A DNA stretch of 20,000 bases, from positions 47,007 through 67,006 of the forward strand of contig JAXLQJ010000042.1 of the NCBI GenBank assembly GCA_046331705.1. The letters run 5' to 3'. A program made the position numbers and the translations under genes. The notes under the pieces are model-generated. The model saw only the letters and a program-made list of their open reading frames with translations. It did no database searches and was not told the origin of the DNA. Origin of the DNA: a bacterium. Its GTDB lineage: Bacteria; JADJOY01. Positions 8,993 to 18,023 of the stretch are shown in pieces; the first letter of the stretch is position 1, and every line of letters starts with the position of its first letter.

Positions 8993-10315
8993 TCAGCCCG
9001 GCGCGTGCGACGCCGCTTCGCGCGCCTCCGCGGGCTCCCACCACCGATCGGGCGGAATCCGAACCCGATAGGCGCCGCAGAAGTCGGTGAAATAGAGGTA
9101 GGCGCTCGGCTCGTCGAAGATCAGCGCGTGCACCTTCTGACAGGTGGGCAACGTCGCGACCTCCGTCCACGTGGCGTCCGGGTTCGGGCTCAGGAACGAG
9201 ATGCGCCGGCCCGCGTAGGCGCCGACGGCCGCGAGCCCGGCGGTCGGCAGATAGGTCACCGGCCGCGGCATCCCGAGAATCGGCGTCACCGCCTTCACCT
9301 CGAGCGTCCGATCGTCGATCGAGAAGAGCTGATTGGCGAAGGAGTTCGTGAGCAATACCTGCCCGAGGGGGCCGGCCGTCGCGATCCCCCAATGCCAGAT
9401 GCGGATGCCGTCGCCGTAGCGCAACGTGCCGTAACGCACGTCGAGCTCGACGATCGAACGCGACGAAGCCTCGCCGCGGCCGTAGATCACCGGACGCGTC
9501 GGGTGCCGCGCCAGCTCCTCGAGCCCCTCGATCGGCACGCGCCAGCTGCGCAGCGGCGGCTCACCCGCCAGGAACCGCTCCGGGGTCGTCTGCTCGATCC
9601 CCTTGTCGTGCTCGTGGCGCGGGCGAAGGATGAGGAAGAGCCCGAGCCCCGGAAAGTGGAACGACCGGTAATACGGCGTCTGCTCGTCGCGCACGCTCCA
9701 CGTGCTCGTCGCCGGGTCGAGGATGTAGGTGCGCGACTGGACCCCGCCCACCGATTCGTCGATCTCTTCCCACTCGTGTGCGATCGCCGCGCCGCCGGGC
9801 AGCCCGGTCGTGAAGATCACGTGCGAGCTCGCCGTGGGCGTGAAGAACGAGCGACCGTCGGGGCGGATGACCGCCAGGCCGCGGGCCTCGTGGGGCGTAT
9901 GACCATGGGTGACGATCACCGTGCCGTCGTCGCCCAGCGCGATGCCGTAAGCGCCGCGGCGCGACGAGAGCGTCTCGACCGCGAGCCTCTCGCTGTGACG
10001 CGGTGCCCGCAAGATCGGCGAGTACGCCGGCACCGCGTAGAGCGCCAAGACCCCATACGAACCCAGCGCCACCCAGCGCCGCCGGCCGCGTCGGATCGCC
10101 CCGATCGCCGCCGCCGCGAACAGCACACCGGCGAGCGTGCCCCAGTACGAGATCACGAGCTGCACGCAGATGGGAGTCGCCAGCAGACCCCCGAGGCCGA
10201 AGCAGGCGTCCACGAACCGGCCGATGGGCCGATCGAGCCACGGCCGCGCCAGCGCGAGCAGCCGGCGCGCTCGCAGCCGCAGCGCTTCGACGCGAGCGCC
10301 GCCGGCGAGGCTCAC
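8993..10315 (-). CDS. Membrane-anchored hypothetical protein with a probable beta-propeller (YncE-like) C-terminal domain
   Basis: About three N-terminal hydrophobic helices, then beta-rich blade-like segments (GAYGIALGDDGTVIVTH; WGIATAG...VLLTNSFANQLFSIDDRTLEV; KVHALIFDEPSAYLYFTD). Likely GTG start at 10315 overlaps the upstream TGA. Confidence 0.65.
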   Translation of the reverse strand: MSLAGGARVEALRLRARRLLALARPWLDRPIGRFVDACFGLGGLLATPICVQLVISYWGTLAGVLFAAAAIGAIRRGRRRWVALGSYGVLALYAVPAYSPILRAPRHSERLAVETLSSRRGAYGIALGDDGTVIVTHGHTPHEARGLAVIRPDGRSFFTPTASSHVIFTTGLPGGAAIAHEWEEIDESVGGVQSRTYILDPATSTWSVRDEQTPYYRSFHFPGLGLFLILRPRHEHDKGIEQTTPERFLAGEPPLRSWRVPIEGLEELARHPTRPVIYGRGEASSRSIVELDVRYGTLRYGDGIRIWHWGIATAGPLGQVLLTNSFANQLFSIDDRTLEVKAVTPILGMPRPVTYLPTAGLAAVGAYAGRRISFLSPNPDATWTEVATLPTCQKVHALIFDEPSAYLYFTDFCGAYRVRIPPDRWWEPAEAREAASHAPG

Positions 10316-10689
10316 GGAGCCACCGAGGAGAGCACGAGGCCTGCGGCGAGCTCGTCGATTCGCGCGCCACGCCCGGGCAGCGCGTCGCGCCCTTCGACGC
10401 CGCCCACGGCCCTCGAGCGCCGGTCTCCGATCGCCATGCCGTTCTCTTCCCGACACCGGTGGGACAGCGGGACCAACGCCTCGGGGCCGTCGAAACCGGA
10501 CGCCACGCGCACGTTGCCGCTCGTGTTGCCGATCCGCGTGGCGAGCCGCCGCCGTCCGAGATCCGGCGGGCAGCCGGTGAACGCCGGACCGACGCGCCCG
10601 CGCACGCCAGCCGTTTCCCGCGTTTCGATGCGCACCGGCGGCCCCACGTCTCGCGTCGCGAGCGTGGCGCCCGGGCCCTCGAGCGGCAA
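10312..10689 (-). pseudogene. Diverged, truncated and internally deleted paralogue of the C-terminal domain of the multiheme cytochrome at 6792..8852
   Basis: Collinear shared motifs with the cytochrome: LPL, ATL.TR, VRIETR.T, RVG.AF, GFDGPE, GMAI.D.R, AR[IV]DE, and the terminus LAAGLVLSSVAP* versus LAEGVVLSSAPP*. No heme motifs and no clear RBS. Confidence 0.8.
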
Positions 10690-10715
10690 GACGCCTCGCG
10701 ACCCGCCGAGCGCGC

Positions 10716-11846
10716 TCAGCTCGTGAGGCGCGCGATGTGCGCGATGCGCGCGCCGCCGTCGCGTGCGAAGAGATGGATCCGCGACGAATCGAGCGCGAGC
10801 CGCGCAGACGCGCCCGCGACGAGGTCGCGCATGCCCGGAGCGCGCGCGATCAGGCGCAGCCCCGGGGCAGAGCCGTTCGCCGCCACCAGCGTCGCGTGGA
10901 CCAAGGTCTCGTGCCCGAGATTCTCGACGTGCTCGACCGTCGCCGCCAGGCCCTCGCCCTCCGTCACGCGCACGTCCTCCGGCCGAATGCCGGCGATCAC
11001 GCTCGCGCCCAGCGCCGCCCGCAGCGCCTCGTCCCCCGCGAGCGGCGGCGGCAGACGCAATCGCTCGCCGCCGAGCACGATCGCGAGCCCATCCGCGCTC
11101 GCCTCGAGCGTGGTCGCGAACAGGTTCATGGGCGGGTTGCCGATGAAACCGGCGACGAACGCATTCGCCGGCGCCGCGTAGAGCTCGCGCGGAGTGGCCA
11201 CCTGCTGCAACCGCCCCCGCTCCAGCACGGCCACCCGATCGCCGAGCGTCATCGCCTCCACCTGATCGTGGGTGACGTAGACCATCGTGGTGCGCATGCG
11301 ACGCTGGAGTGACTTGATCTCGGCGCGCACTTGCACGCGCAGTCGCGCATCCAGGTTGGAGAGCGGCTCGTCGAGGAGCGACACCGATGGCTCACGCACC
11401 AGCGCGCGCCCCATCGCCACCCGCTGCCGCTCGCCCCCGGAGAGCTGCTTGGGCAGCCGGTCGAGCCACGGCTCGATCTCGAGCGCGCGCGCGATCGCGC
11501 TCACGCGCCTGCCGATCTCGTCCTTCGGCATGCGCCGCATCTGCAGCGGAAAGCCGAGGTTCTCCCGCGCGGTCAAGTGCGGGTAGAGCGCGTAGTCCTG
11601 GAACACCATCGCCACGTTGCGCGCCTGCGGCGAGTCGCGGTCGACGATCCGGTCGTCGATCCGCACGTGCCCGCCCGTCGCCGTCTCGAGGCCCGCGATC
11701 ACCCGGAGCGCCGTCGACTTGCCGCAGCCCGACGGCCCGACCAGCACCAAGAGCTCGCCGTCCGCGACGGTGAGGCAGACGTCCACGAGCGCCTGGCGTC
11801 CCGTGGAATACGTCTTTTCAAGGTGCTCGAGCGTGAGCGTGGCCAC
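10716..11846 (-). CDS. Carbohydrate ABC transporter ATP-binding protein (MalK/MsmK/UgpC family)
   Basis: Walker A GPSGCGKS, Q-loop MVFQDYALYPH, signature LSGGERQR, Walker B LLDEPLSNLD, H-loop YVTHDQ, FVAGFIGNPPMN and a C-terminal TOBE-like region (GIRPED). RBS AGGAG before GTG. Confidence 0.95.
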   Translation of the reverse strand: MATLTLEHLEKTYSTGRQALVDVCLTVADGELLVLVGPSGCGKSTALRVIAGLETATGGHVRIDDRIVDRDSPQARNVAMVFQDYALYPHLTARENLGFPLQMRRMPKDEIGRRVSAIARALEIEPWLDRLPKQLSGGERQRVAMGRALVREPSVSLLDEPLSNLDARLRVQVRAEIKSLQRRMRTTMVYVTHDQVEAMTLGDRVAVLERGRLQQVATPRELYAAPANAFVAGFIGNPPMNLFATTLEASADGLAIVLGGERLRLPPPLAGDEALRAALGASVIAGIRPEDVRVTEGEGLAATVEHVENLGHETLVHATLVAANGSAPGLRLIARAPGMRDLVAGASARLALDSSRIHLFARDGGARIAHIARLTS

Positions 11847-11864
11847 GGCGCTCCTGCGTGCGAC

Positions 11865-13433
11865 TCAGTCGAAGAAGCGCTCGGCGGCGATCGTGGGCAG
11901 TGCACCCGCCACGATCGGATCGGATTCGAAGAGCCGCTGGATGCGGTGATCGGCGAGGTGGTTCGCGAGAGCCACGAAGATCATCGCTTGGTCGAGCGTG
12001 AGGTAGGTGGTCGCGACCGCGCCGGTGGTGGGATCGACCGCGTCGAAGAACCCCCACTCTCCGTAGACCGGGTAGTGCGCGGCCAGCGCTTGCAGGTTCG
12101 TGAGCGCGCGCTCGGGGTCGACCGCCACCGCGAGCGCCGCCGCGTGCGGCGTCACCGCGCCCACGCCGTAGCCGATCGCGCCGAGGGGCTTCACGCCGTA
12201 CTCGCCGTACTCGCGCGTGCCGGGCTTGCTGCTCGGCGACATCCCCCAGACCGGATAGCCGAGCTGCTCGGAGGCGAAGCGTCGCTGCACCTCGACGTGC
12301 GCGGCGTCGTTGGCGCCCAGGCTCGCCGGGAAGAGCCGTGGCTCGTCCACGACCAGCGTCGGCATGAGCGCCTCGAACATGCTGCCGCCCCACGAGGGCA
12401 CGTACCGCACGCCGCCCCACTCGTACCAACCGCCGAAGTAGCGGGTGTCGACGTCGGTCTTCTCGCGGCGCCCGCGCGGCGGCTGCGACTGCCAGCCGCA
12501 GCTCTCGTGGAAGGTGCGGATCATCCGGTACCAGTGCTCCGCAGGGGCCTGGCCGCGGCCGATGGCGATGAGGCTGCCGAGACGAGACTCCGCGTAGAGC
12601 ACTCCGTAGTGGTAGCGCGAGCGCTGGGCGCGCTGAACGAAGTAGCCGTGCGTCATGCGCCCGAGCTTCCGATCGTAGAAGAATCCGTAGTCCATCGCGT
12701 CGATCAGCGCGGTGGCGCGAGCGCTCAGCTCGGGATGGCGGTTCCGCACCACCACCAGCCCGGCGATGAGCCACGACGAATCGACGAACGAGAGCAGATT
12801 GCTGGTTCGCTCCAGCGAGGTGGTGTCGTAGTAGTTGAAGAAGAACCCGTGATCGCGCTCCAGGGCGTCGAGGGTGTGGAAGAGGAGCGAGAGCCGCTTC
12901 GAGGCACCGGGCTCGTCGACGAGCCCCAGCTCCTCCGCGGCCACGATCGAGAGCATGCGAAGACCCACGTTGGTGACGTTGGCGTAGTCGCCGACCACGC
13001 CGCCAACCGCGCCCTCCGCTGCCGCGCCGTCCAGGTGGACGTGGTCCACGGGCAGACCGTTCTCGCGATCGTGGAGTGCATCGAGGCCGCGCCAGGTATC
13101 CGCCGCCACCCGGCGTGCGAACGCCTCTGGCTCGACTGGCAACGTCGCGCGGTCCACGTGGAGCTGGGAGGGCCAACCGTTCATGCGCGCGCGAACGAAC
13201 GGCCGCGCGGCCAGCTGACCGCCGTGAGCGGCTTCCCACGCCTTCTTCCGGGGTGCTTCGACGATCTCGAGAAGCGCGGGCTCGGCGTGACCGCCTTCGA
13301 CCTCGCGCCCCAGCTCGCACACCTCGTCCCCCGTCCAGAGCGCGTGCCAGCGCGCGCATCCCGCGCCGAGCGCGAGCGCGACGAGACACGCGGGGACGAC
13401 GAGGCCGCCGAGGCGGTGCGAGCGCGCGCTCAT
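11865..13433 (-). CDS. Secreted or lipoprotein glycoamylase-domain protein, putative beta-1,2-glucanase (GH144/GH189-related clan)
   Basis: N-terminal signal ending LALGAGC. Motifs SFVDSSWL, YAESRLGS, PSWGGSMFEALMP, WGMSPS, VTPHAAALA, YGEWGFFDAVD and YLTLDQAMIFVALAN parallel the central glycoamylase-like domain of Cgs. Confidence 0.85.
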   Translation of the reverse strand: MSARSHRLGGLVVPACLVALALGAGCARWHALWTGDEVCELGREVEGGHAEPALLEIVEAPRKKAWEAAHGGQLAARPFVRARMNGWPSQLHVDRATLPVEPEAFARRVAADTWRGLDALHDRENGLPVDHVHLDGAAAEGAVGGVVGDYANVTNVGLRMLSIVAAEELGLVDEPGASKRLSLLFHTLDALERDHGFFFNYYDTTSLERTSNLLSFVDSSWLIAGLVVVRNRHPELSARATALIDAMDYGFFYDRKLGRMTHGYFVQRAQRSRYHYGVLYAESRLGSLIAIGRGQAPAEHWYRMIRTFHESCGWQSQPPRGRREKTDVDTRYFGGWYEWGGVRYVPSWGGSMFEALMPTLVVDEPRLFPASLGANDAAHVEVQRRFASEQLGYPVWGMSPSSKPGTREYGEYGVKPLGAIGYGVGAVTPHAAALAVAVDPERALTNLQALAAHYPVYGEWGFFDAVDPTTGAVATTYLTLDQAMIFVALANHLADHRIQRLFESDPIVAGALPTIAAERFFD

Positions 13434-13675
13434 GGCGCGCAGACGATCGTGGCGATCACCGCCGCTGTCAAGACTCGGCGAGCGTGCGCCCGCGACGCGG
13501 GCTGGCGTTTGGGTCCCAGACGGCGCGAGCTCCGTCGATCCCGCGCGTTCCCCGCGCCAGCGGCACCTCTGGCAGTCCCGCGCATCCCGAAAACCCGGCG
13601 GCGGGTCGCCGAGGGTGTCGGGGCGGTGCTCGGGGCGGTGCCGTCCGCGTGCGTACTGGGTGAATCGTGCCCGGG

Positions 13676-13694
13676 CGCTGACAGAACGCTGACA
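13676..13694. promoter_or_regulatory. Direct repeat CGCTGACA-N3-CGCTGACA (11-bp period), candidate OmpR/PhoB-family operator
   Basis: Perfect 8-bp direct repeat in the 315-bp divergent intergenic region. The minus strand reads TTGTCAG-N4-CTGTCAG, resembling a Pho box. Confidence 0.4.
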
Positions 13695-13748
13695 ATCGAG
13701 AGCAATCGTGAGTCACGGTCCCGATGAGCCCCCATCCAAGGCGGTGAC

Positions 13749-14396
13749 ATGACTGTCCATCCCATCCGGCCAGAACCACCCCCACACCGCCAAGCGCATG
13801 GCCCCATCGCGCGCAACATCGGGCGACTCTGGCTGCGGGCCTTCGGCTTCCGCGTCGCCGGACGCCGTCCGCCGGTCGAGAAATACGTGCTCATCTGCGC
13901 GCCCCATACCTCGAACTGGGACGCGTTCTTCATGCTGGCCATGTCGTTCGTCCTCGACATGAAGCTGAGCTGGATGGTGAAGGACACGATCGTGAAGGGT
14001 GCGTTCGGCTGGTTCCTCCGCAAGCTCGGAGCGCTGCCGATCAATCGGCGCTCGCCCCAGAACATGGTGGATCAGATGGCGGAGGCCTTCGCCAAGACCG
14101 ACGAGCTGGTGCTCGCCGTGCCCCCCGAGGGAACCCGCAAGCGGACCGACTACTGGAAGAGCGGCTTCTATTACATCGCGCTCAAGGCGGGCGTTCCGAT
14201 CGTGCCATCGGTCCTCGACTACGGCCGCAAGATCGGCACGGTGCTGCCGCCATTCACGCCGAGCGGCGACATCGACGCCGACATGAAGATGCTCGCCGAG
14301 ATCTACCAGGGCTCGATGGCCAAGGTCCCCGCCAAGTTCGGGCCCGTGGCCGTGCGCGCCGCCAACGACGAAGCGCTGCGCGCCGCAGCCGGCTGA
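13749..14396 (+). CDS. Lysophospholipid / 1-acyl-sn-glycerol-3-phosphate acyltransferase family protein (PlsC-like)
   Basis: APHTSNWD (HX4D), PINR, PPEGTR and WKSGFYYIA...VPIVP motifs. Confidence 0.92.
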   Translation: MTVHPIRPEPPPHRQAHGPIARNIGRLWLRAFGFRVAGRRPPVEKYVLICAPHTSNWDAFFMLAMSFVLDMKLSWMVKDTIVKGAFGWFLRKLGALPINRRSPQNMVDQMAEAFAKTDELVLAVPPEGTRKRTDYWKSGFYYIALKAGVPIVPSVLDYGRKIGTVLPPFTPSGDIDADMKMLAEIYQGSMAKVPAKFGPVAVRAANDEALRAAAG

Positions 14397-14402
14397 GCGG
14401 AC

Positions 14403-15101
<699 letters not shown>

Positions 15102-15174
15102 GATCGCCTCCCCTCGGCCCGCGTCGCGGCTGATCGCGACGTGGCTCGCCAAGGTAGGTCCGCGAAGCCTGAAG

Positions 15175-16374
15175 TCAATTCGAGCGTCCACGGCGCTCGC
15201 GACTCCACTCGAGCCATCGATCGGTCGAACGCTCGACCGCGTGCTCGACCGCGACCGATCCCGCCACCACCAGCGCGACCACGCCACTCGCCGCGAGCAC
15301 GAACGTACCGGTCGGAAGCACGCGCATCCGCCCACCCGCGTACATCACGAACGGCAGGTGCAAGAGATAGATCCCGTACGAGTACTTGCCGAGGAACGCG
15401 AAGCATCGTCGAGCGACGAGGCCGCCCTCGAGCCATCGCGCCAGGTTCACCAGCACGACGAAGAGCCCGATTCCCACCAGTGCGTTGGTGAAGCAATAGC
15501 CGGCCGTCGATCGATAGCTCACGATCCCGACCTGGTGGGCGAGCAATCCCGCGACCACCACCGGCCAACGGAAGAGGCGCGCCTCGACCGCCAGCCCGTC
15601 CCGACGGTGGGCGATCCCGAGCGCCATGCCGAACGTGAACTCCGCCATCCGCCCCGCGAAGAGCGCGCCCTCCGCCCAGTGGTTGCTGATCGCCCAGCCG
15701 GCGAAGAGCGCCGCGCGCACCGCGGCGGTGCCGAGCACGCCGAACACGACCAGCCCGGTGGGACCGAGCCGCCGCGCCAGCCACCACAGCGCGGGAAAGA
15801 CCAGATAGAGCTCGATCAAGAGCGTCAGGTACCACCACGCCGGATTGAGGTAGTGGTGGATGGTCTCGATGGGCCAGATGCGCAGCCCCGTGAGGCTCAC
15901 GAGCAAGCGCAGATCGATCGCTTCGTGCGGGCGCGCGAACGCCGCTGCCAGCACGATCGCGTGCGCGACCCAATAGAGCGGAAAGAGCCGAAGCAGCCGC
16001 CGGCGATACCACTCAGCCCAGCCCGCCTGCGGCCCAGGGCTGTCGCCGAGCGCCCGCGCGAGACCGAATCCCGCCACCACCAAGAACACGCCCACGGCGT
16101 GGAAGCCGAGCAATACGAGGCTCGCGAGCAGGCCGCGCCCCCAGCACGCGACTCGCGCGAGCCCGAAGACACCCGCCGCATCCGCGCACGAAGCACCGAG
16201 CTGCCCCAGGTAACCGGCCGCGAGCGGATCGACGGTGCCCGTGCGCCGCGCCTCCAGAACCAGATGGAAGTACGTGATCCACAGGATGGAGAGCCCTTTG
16301 ACGACGTCCACCCACGCGAGTCGCGGCGCCGCGCGGGCGCGCGTGACGCGAGCGGCGTCGTCCGACGTCGACAC
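15175..16374 (-). CDS. Acyltransferase-3 (OafA/YrhL-like) integral membrane O-acyltransferase
   Basis: RLAWVDVVKGLSILWITYFH, VGVFLVVAGFGL, RRRLLRLFPLYW, WWYLTLLIELYLVFP and LGKYSYGIYLLHLP, with about 10 TM segments. Confidence 0.9.
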   Translation of the reverse strand: MSTSDDAARVTRARAAPRLAWVDVVKGLSILWITYFHLVLEARRTGTVDPLAAGYLGQLGASCADAAGVFGLARVACWGRGLLASLVLLGFHAVGVFLVVAGFGLARALGDSPGPQAGWAEWYRRRLLRLFPLYWVAHAIVLAAAFARPHEAIDLRLLVSLTGLRIWPIETIHHYLNPAWWYLTLLIELYLVFPALWWLARRLGPTGLVVFGVLGTAAVRAALFAGWAISNHWAEGALFAGRMAEFTFGMALGIAHRRDGLAVEARLFRWPVVVAGLLAHQVGIVSYRSTAGYCFTNALVGIGLFVVLVNLARWLEGGLVARRCFAFLGKYSYGIYLLHLPFVMYAGGRMRVLPTGTFVLAASGVVALVVAGSVAVEHAVERSTDRWLEWSRERRGRSN

Positions 16375-16378
16375 CGGT

Positions 16379-17992
16379 TCAGGTGCGATTCAGCCGGTGG
16401 TAGAGCGCGCGGGTGCGGCCATAGAACCGCACGAAGACGTCGAAGAGCTCGTCGTAGAGCGCACGGGTGGCGGGATTCGGTCGGAACGTCGCGTCGATGG
16501 GTACCAGCCCGGGGATGTCTTCGAAGCGGATCCAGCCGAGCCCGATCGAAGCGAGGAATGCCGCGCCCCGGGCATTCGCCTGGCGCGGATCCTTCGCCAC
16601 CAGGATCTCGCGATCGAGCACGTCCGCGAAGATCTGGCACCACAGCGGCGACATGGCGCCGCCGCCGATCAACCGCAACGGTTGCAGCGGTCGCCCCACG
16701 AACTTCTCGACGTAGCCGAGGCTCCAGCGCGTGTTGTACGCGACACCCTCGAGCACCGCGCGCACCATGTCCTCGAGCGTCGTGGTGGTCGAGAGGTTGT
16801 GGAAGCCGCCGCGCACGTGGATGTCGTCGACCGGCGTGCGCTCGCCGTTGAGCCAGGGCGTGAAGATGACCTGGTGACTGCCCGCTGGCACCGTGCTGGC
16901 GATCTCGTTCACCAGCGCGTAGGGATCGCTCGGCGTGGGGATGCCCGTGAGCGCATGGCGCCGGAACAGGATGTTCTCGGCCAGGAACGCAAGCGCCCCA
17001 CCGGCCAGGTCCTGCTCGTTCAAGCATTGATACTTGCCGGGAATGGCCGCGGGAAACGACGCGATCGAGTGGATCACGTCGGTCTTCTGAAACGGCACCA
17101 GGCACTCGATCCAGGACGACGTGCCGATGTAGAGGTGGCCCTCGAAGTCACGCACCGCGCCCGAGCCGATGAGCGCGCATTGATGATCGGCGGATCCGCT
17201 CACCACCGGCGTCGAGCGCGCGAGACCCAGCGTGTCGGCGACCTCCGGCAACACGAGCCCCACCACCTGCGTCGCGGGGATGAGCGGCGGCAGCTTGTCG
17301 CGATCGATCCCGAGCAACCCGATGAGCCGATCGTCGTACACGATCCTCGCTGGATCGCGCGCGTCCGTGACCCAGAAGAGGTGCATCGCGTCCGGCGACG
17401 ACGCCATGACGCCCGTGAGCCGAGCGTTCAGGTAGTCCTTGCTGGGCAGGAAATAGCGCGTCTTGGCGTAGATCTCCGGATACTCGTTCTTGACCAGCAG
17501 CGCATGCGCGGCGTCGTCCTTGCCCGAGAGCGCCGGCGCTCCCGCCGTCTTGCGGATCCAGCGGATGGCACGCGGGACGTTGTAGCCGAGGACGCTCGGA
17601 AAGCCGCCGACGACCTGCCGCACGTGACGCGCGCCGCGTGAGTCCATCCAGGTCAGCGCCGGCATGAGGTGCTTGCCATCGGCGTCGACCGCCACGGTGC
17701 TCGAGAACGTGCTCGACACGCACACGGCACCGATCCGGTCGGGCGACATCGAGCGCCGCGCGACGAGCCGTCGCGCCGCGGTCACCAACGCTCGCCACCA
17801 ATCCTCCGGGTCTTGCTCGGCCCCACCCCCGGGGAGAAAGTGGATCGGGGTCGATTCGTAGTCGGAGTCGAGAATCTCGCCGCGGGCCGAGACCAGTGCG
17901 GCCTTGATGCCCGAGGTGCCGTGGTCGATCGCGAGGACGCAGCGATCGTCGCGCGCCTCGGCGGCGTCGTTGCTCGGGATGGCTGGCGTCAA
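16379..17992 (-). CDS. FGGY-family carbohydrate kinase (xylulokinase-like)
   Basis: LAIDHGTSGIKA, AEQDPEDWW, WMDSR, GSADHQ, YIGTSSW, PWLNGERTP, RAVLEGVAY and IGGGAMS..WCQIFADV. TTG start is uncertain. Confidence 0.93.
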   Translation of the reverse strand: MTPAIPSNDAAEARDDRCVLAIDHGTSGIKAALVSARGEILDSDYESTPIHFLPGGGAEQDPEDWWRALVTAARRLVARRSMSPDRIGAVCVSSTFSSTVAVDADGKHLMPALTWMDSRGARHVRQVVGGFPSVLGYNVPRAIRWIRKTAGAPALSGKDDAAHALLVKNEYPEIYAKTRYFLPSKDYLNARLTGVMASSPDAMHLFWVTDARDPARIVYDDRLIGLLGIDRDKLPPLIPATQVVGLVLPEVADTLGLARSTPVVSGSADHQCALIGSGAVRDFEGHLYIGTSSWIECLVPFQKTDVIHSIASFPAAIPGKYQCLNEQDLAGGALAFLAENILFRRHALTGIPTPSDPYALVNEIASTVPAGSHQVIFTPWLNGERTPVDDIHVRGGFHNLSTTTTLEDMVRAVLEGVAYNTRWSLGYVEKFVGRPLQPLRLIGGGAMSPLWCQIFADVLDREILVAKDPRQANARGAAFLASIGLGWIRFEDIPGLVPIDATFRPNPATRALYDELFDVFVRFYGRTRALYHRLNRT

Positions 17993-18023
17993 ACGAGCCT
18001 CGCGATCACGGTCGCACGCGCGG

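Noticed and set aside
13618..13641. 12-bp tandem duplication TCGGGGCGGTGC x2
   Set aside because: Only two GC-rich units with no spacers; not a CRISPR array or a recognisable element.
11331..13727. 798-aa + strand ORF, and similar long ORFs at 9005..10726, 15061..16851, 16235..17641 and 17904..19463
   Set aside because: Antisense shadows of well-supported - strand genes. Such ORFs are expected at this GC content; they are Arg/Ala-rich with no motifs.
15102..15335. N-terminal extension of pirin in the ORF track
   Set aside because: It overlaps the acyltransferase-3 gene, and a strong RBS with the family-typical start sits at 15101.
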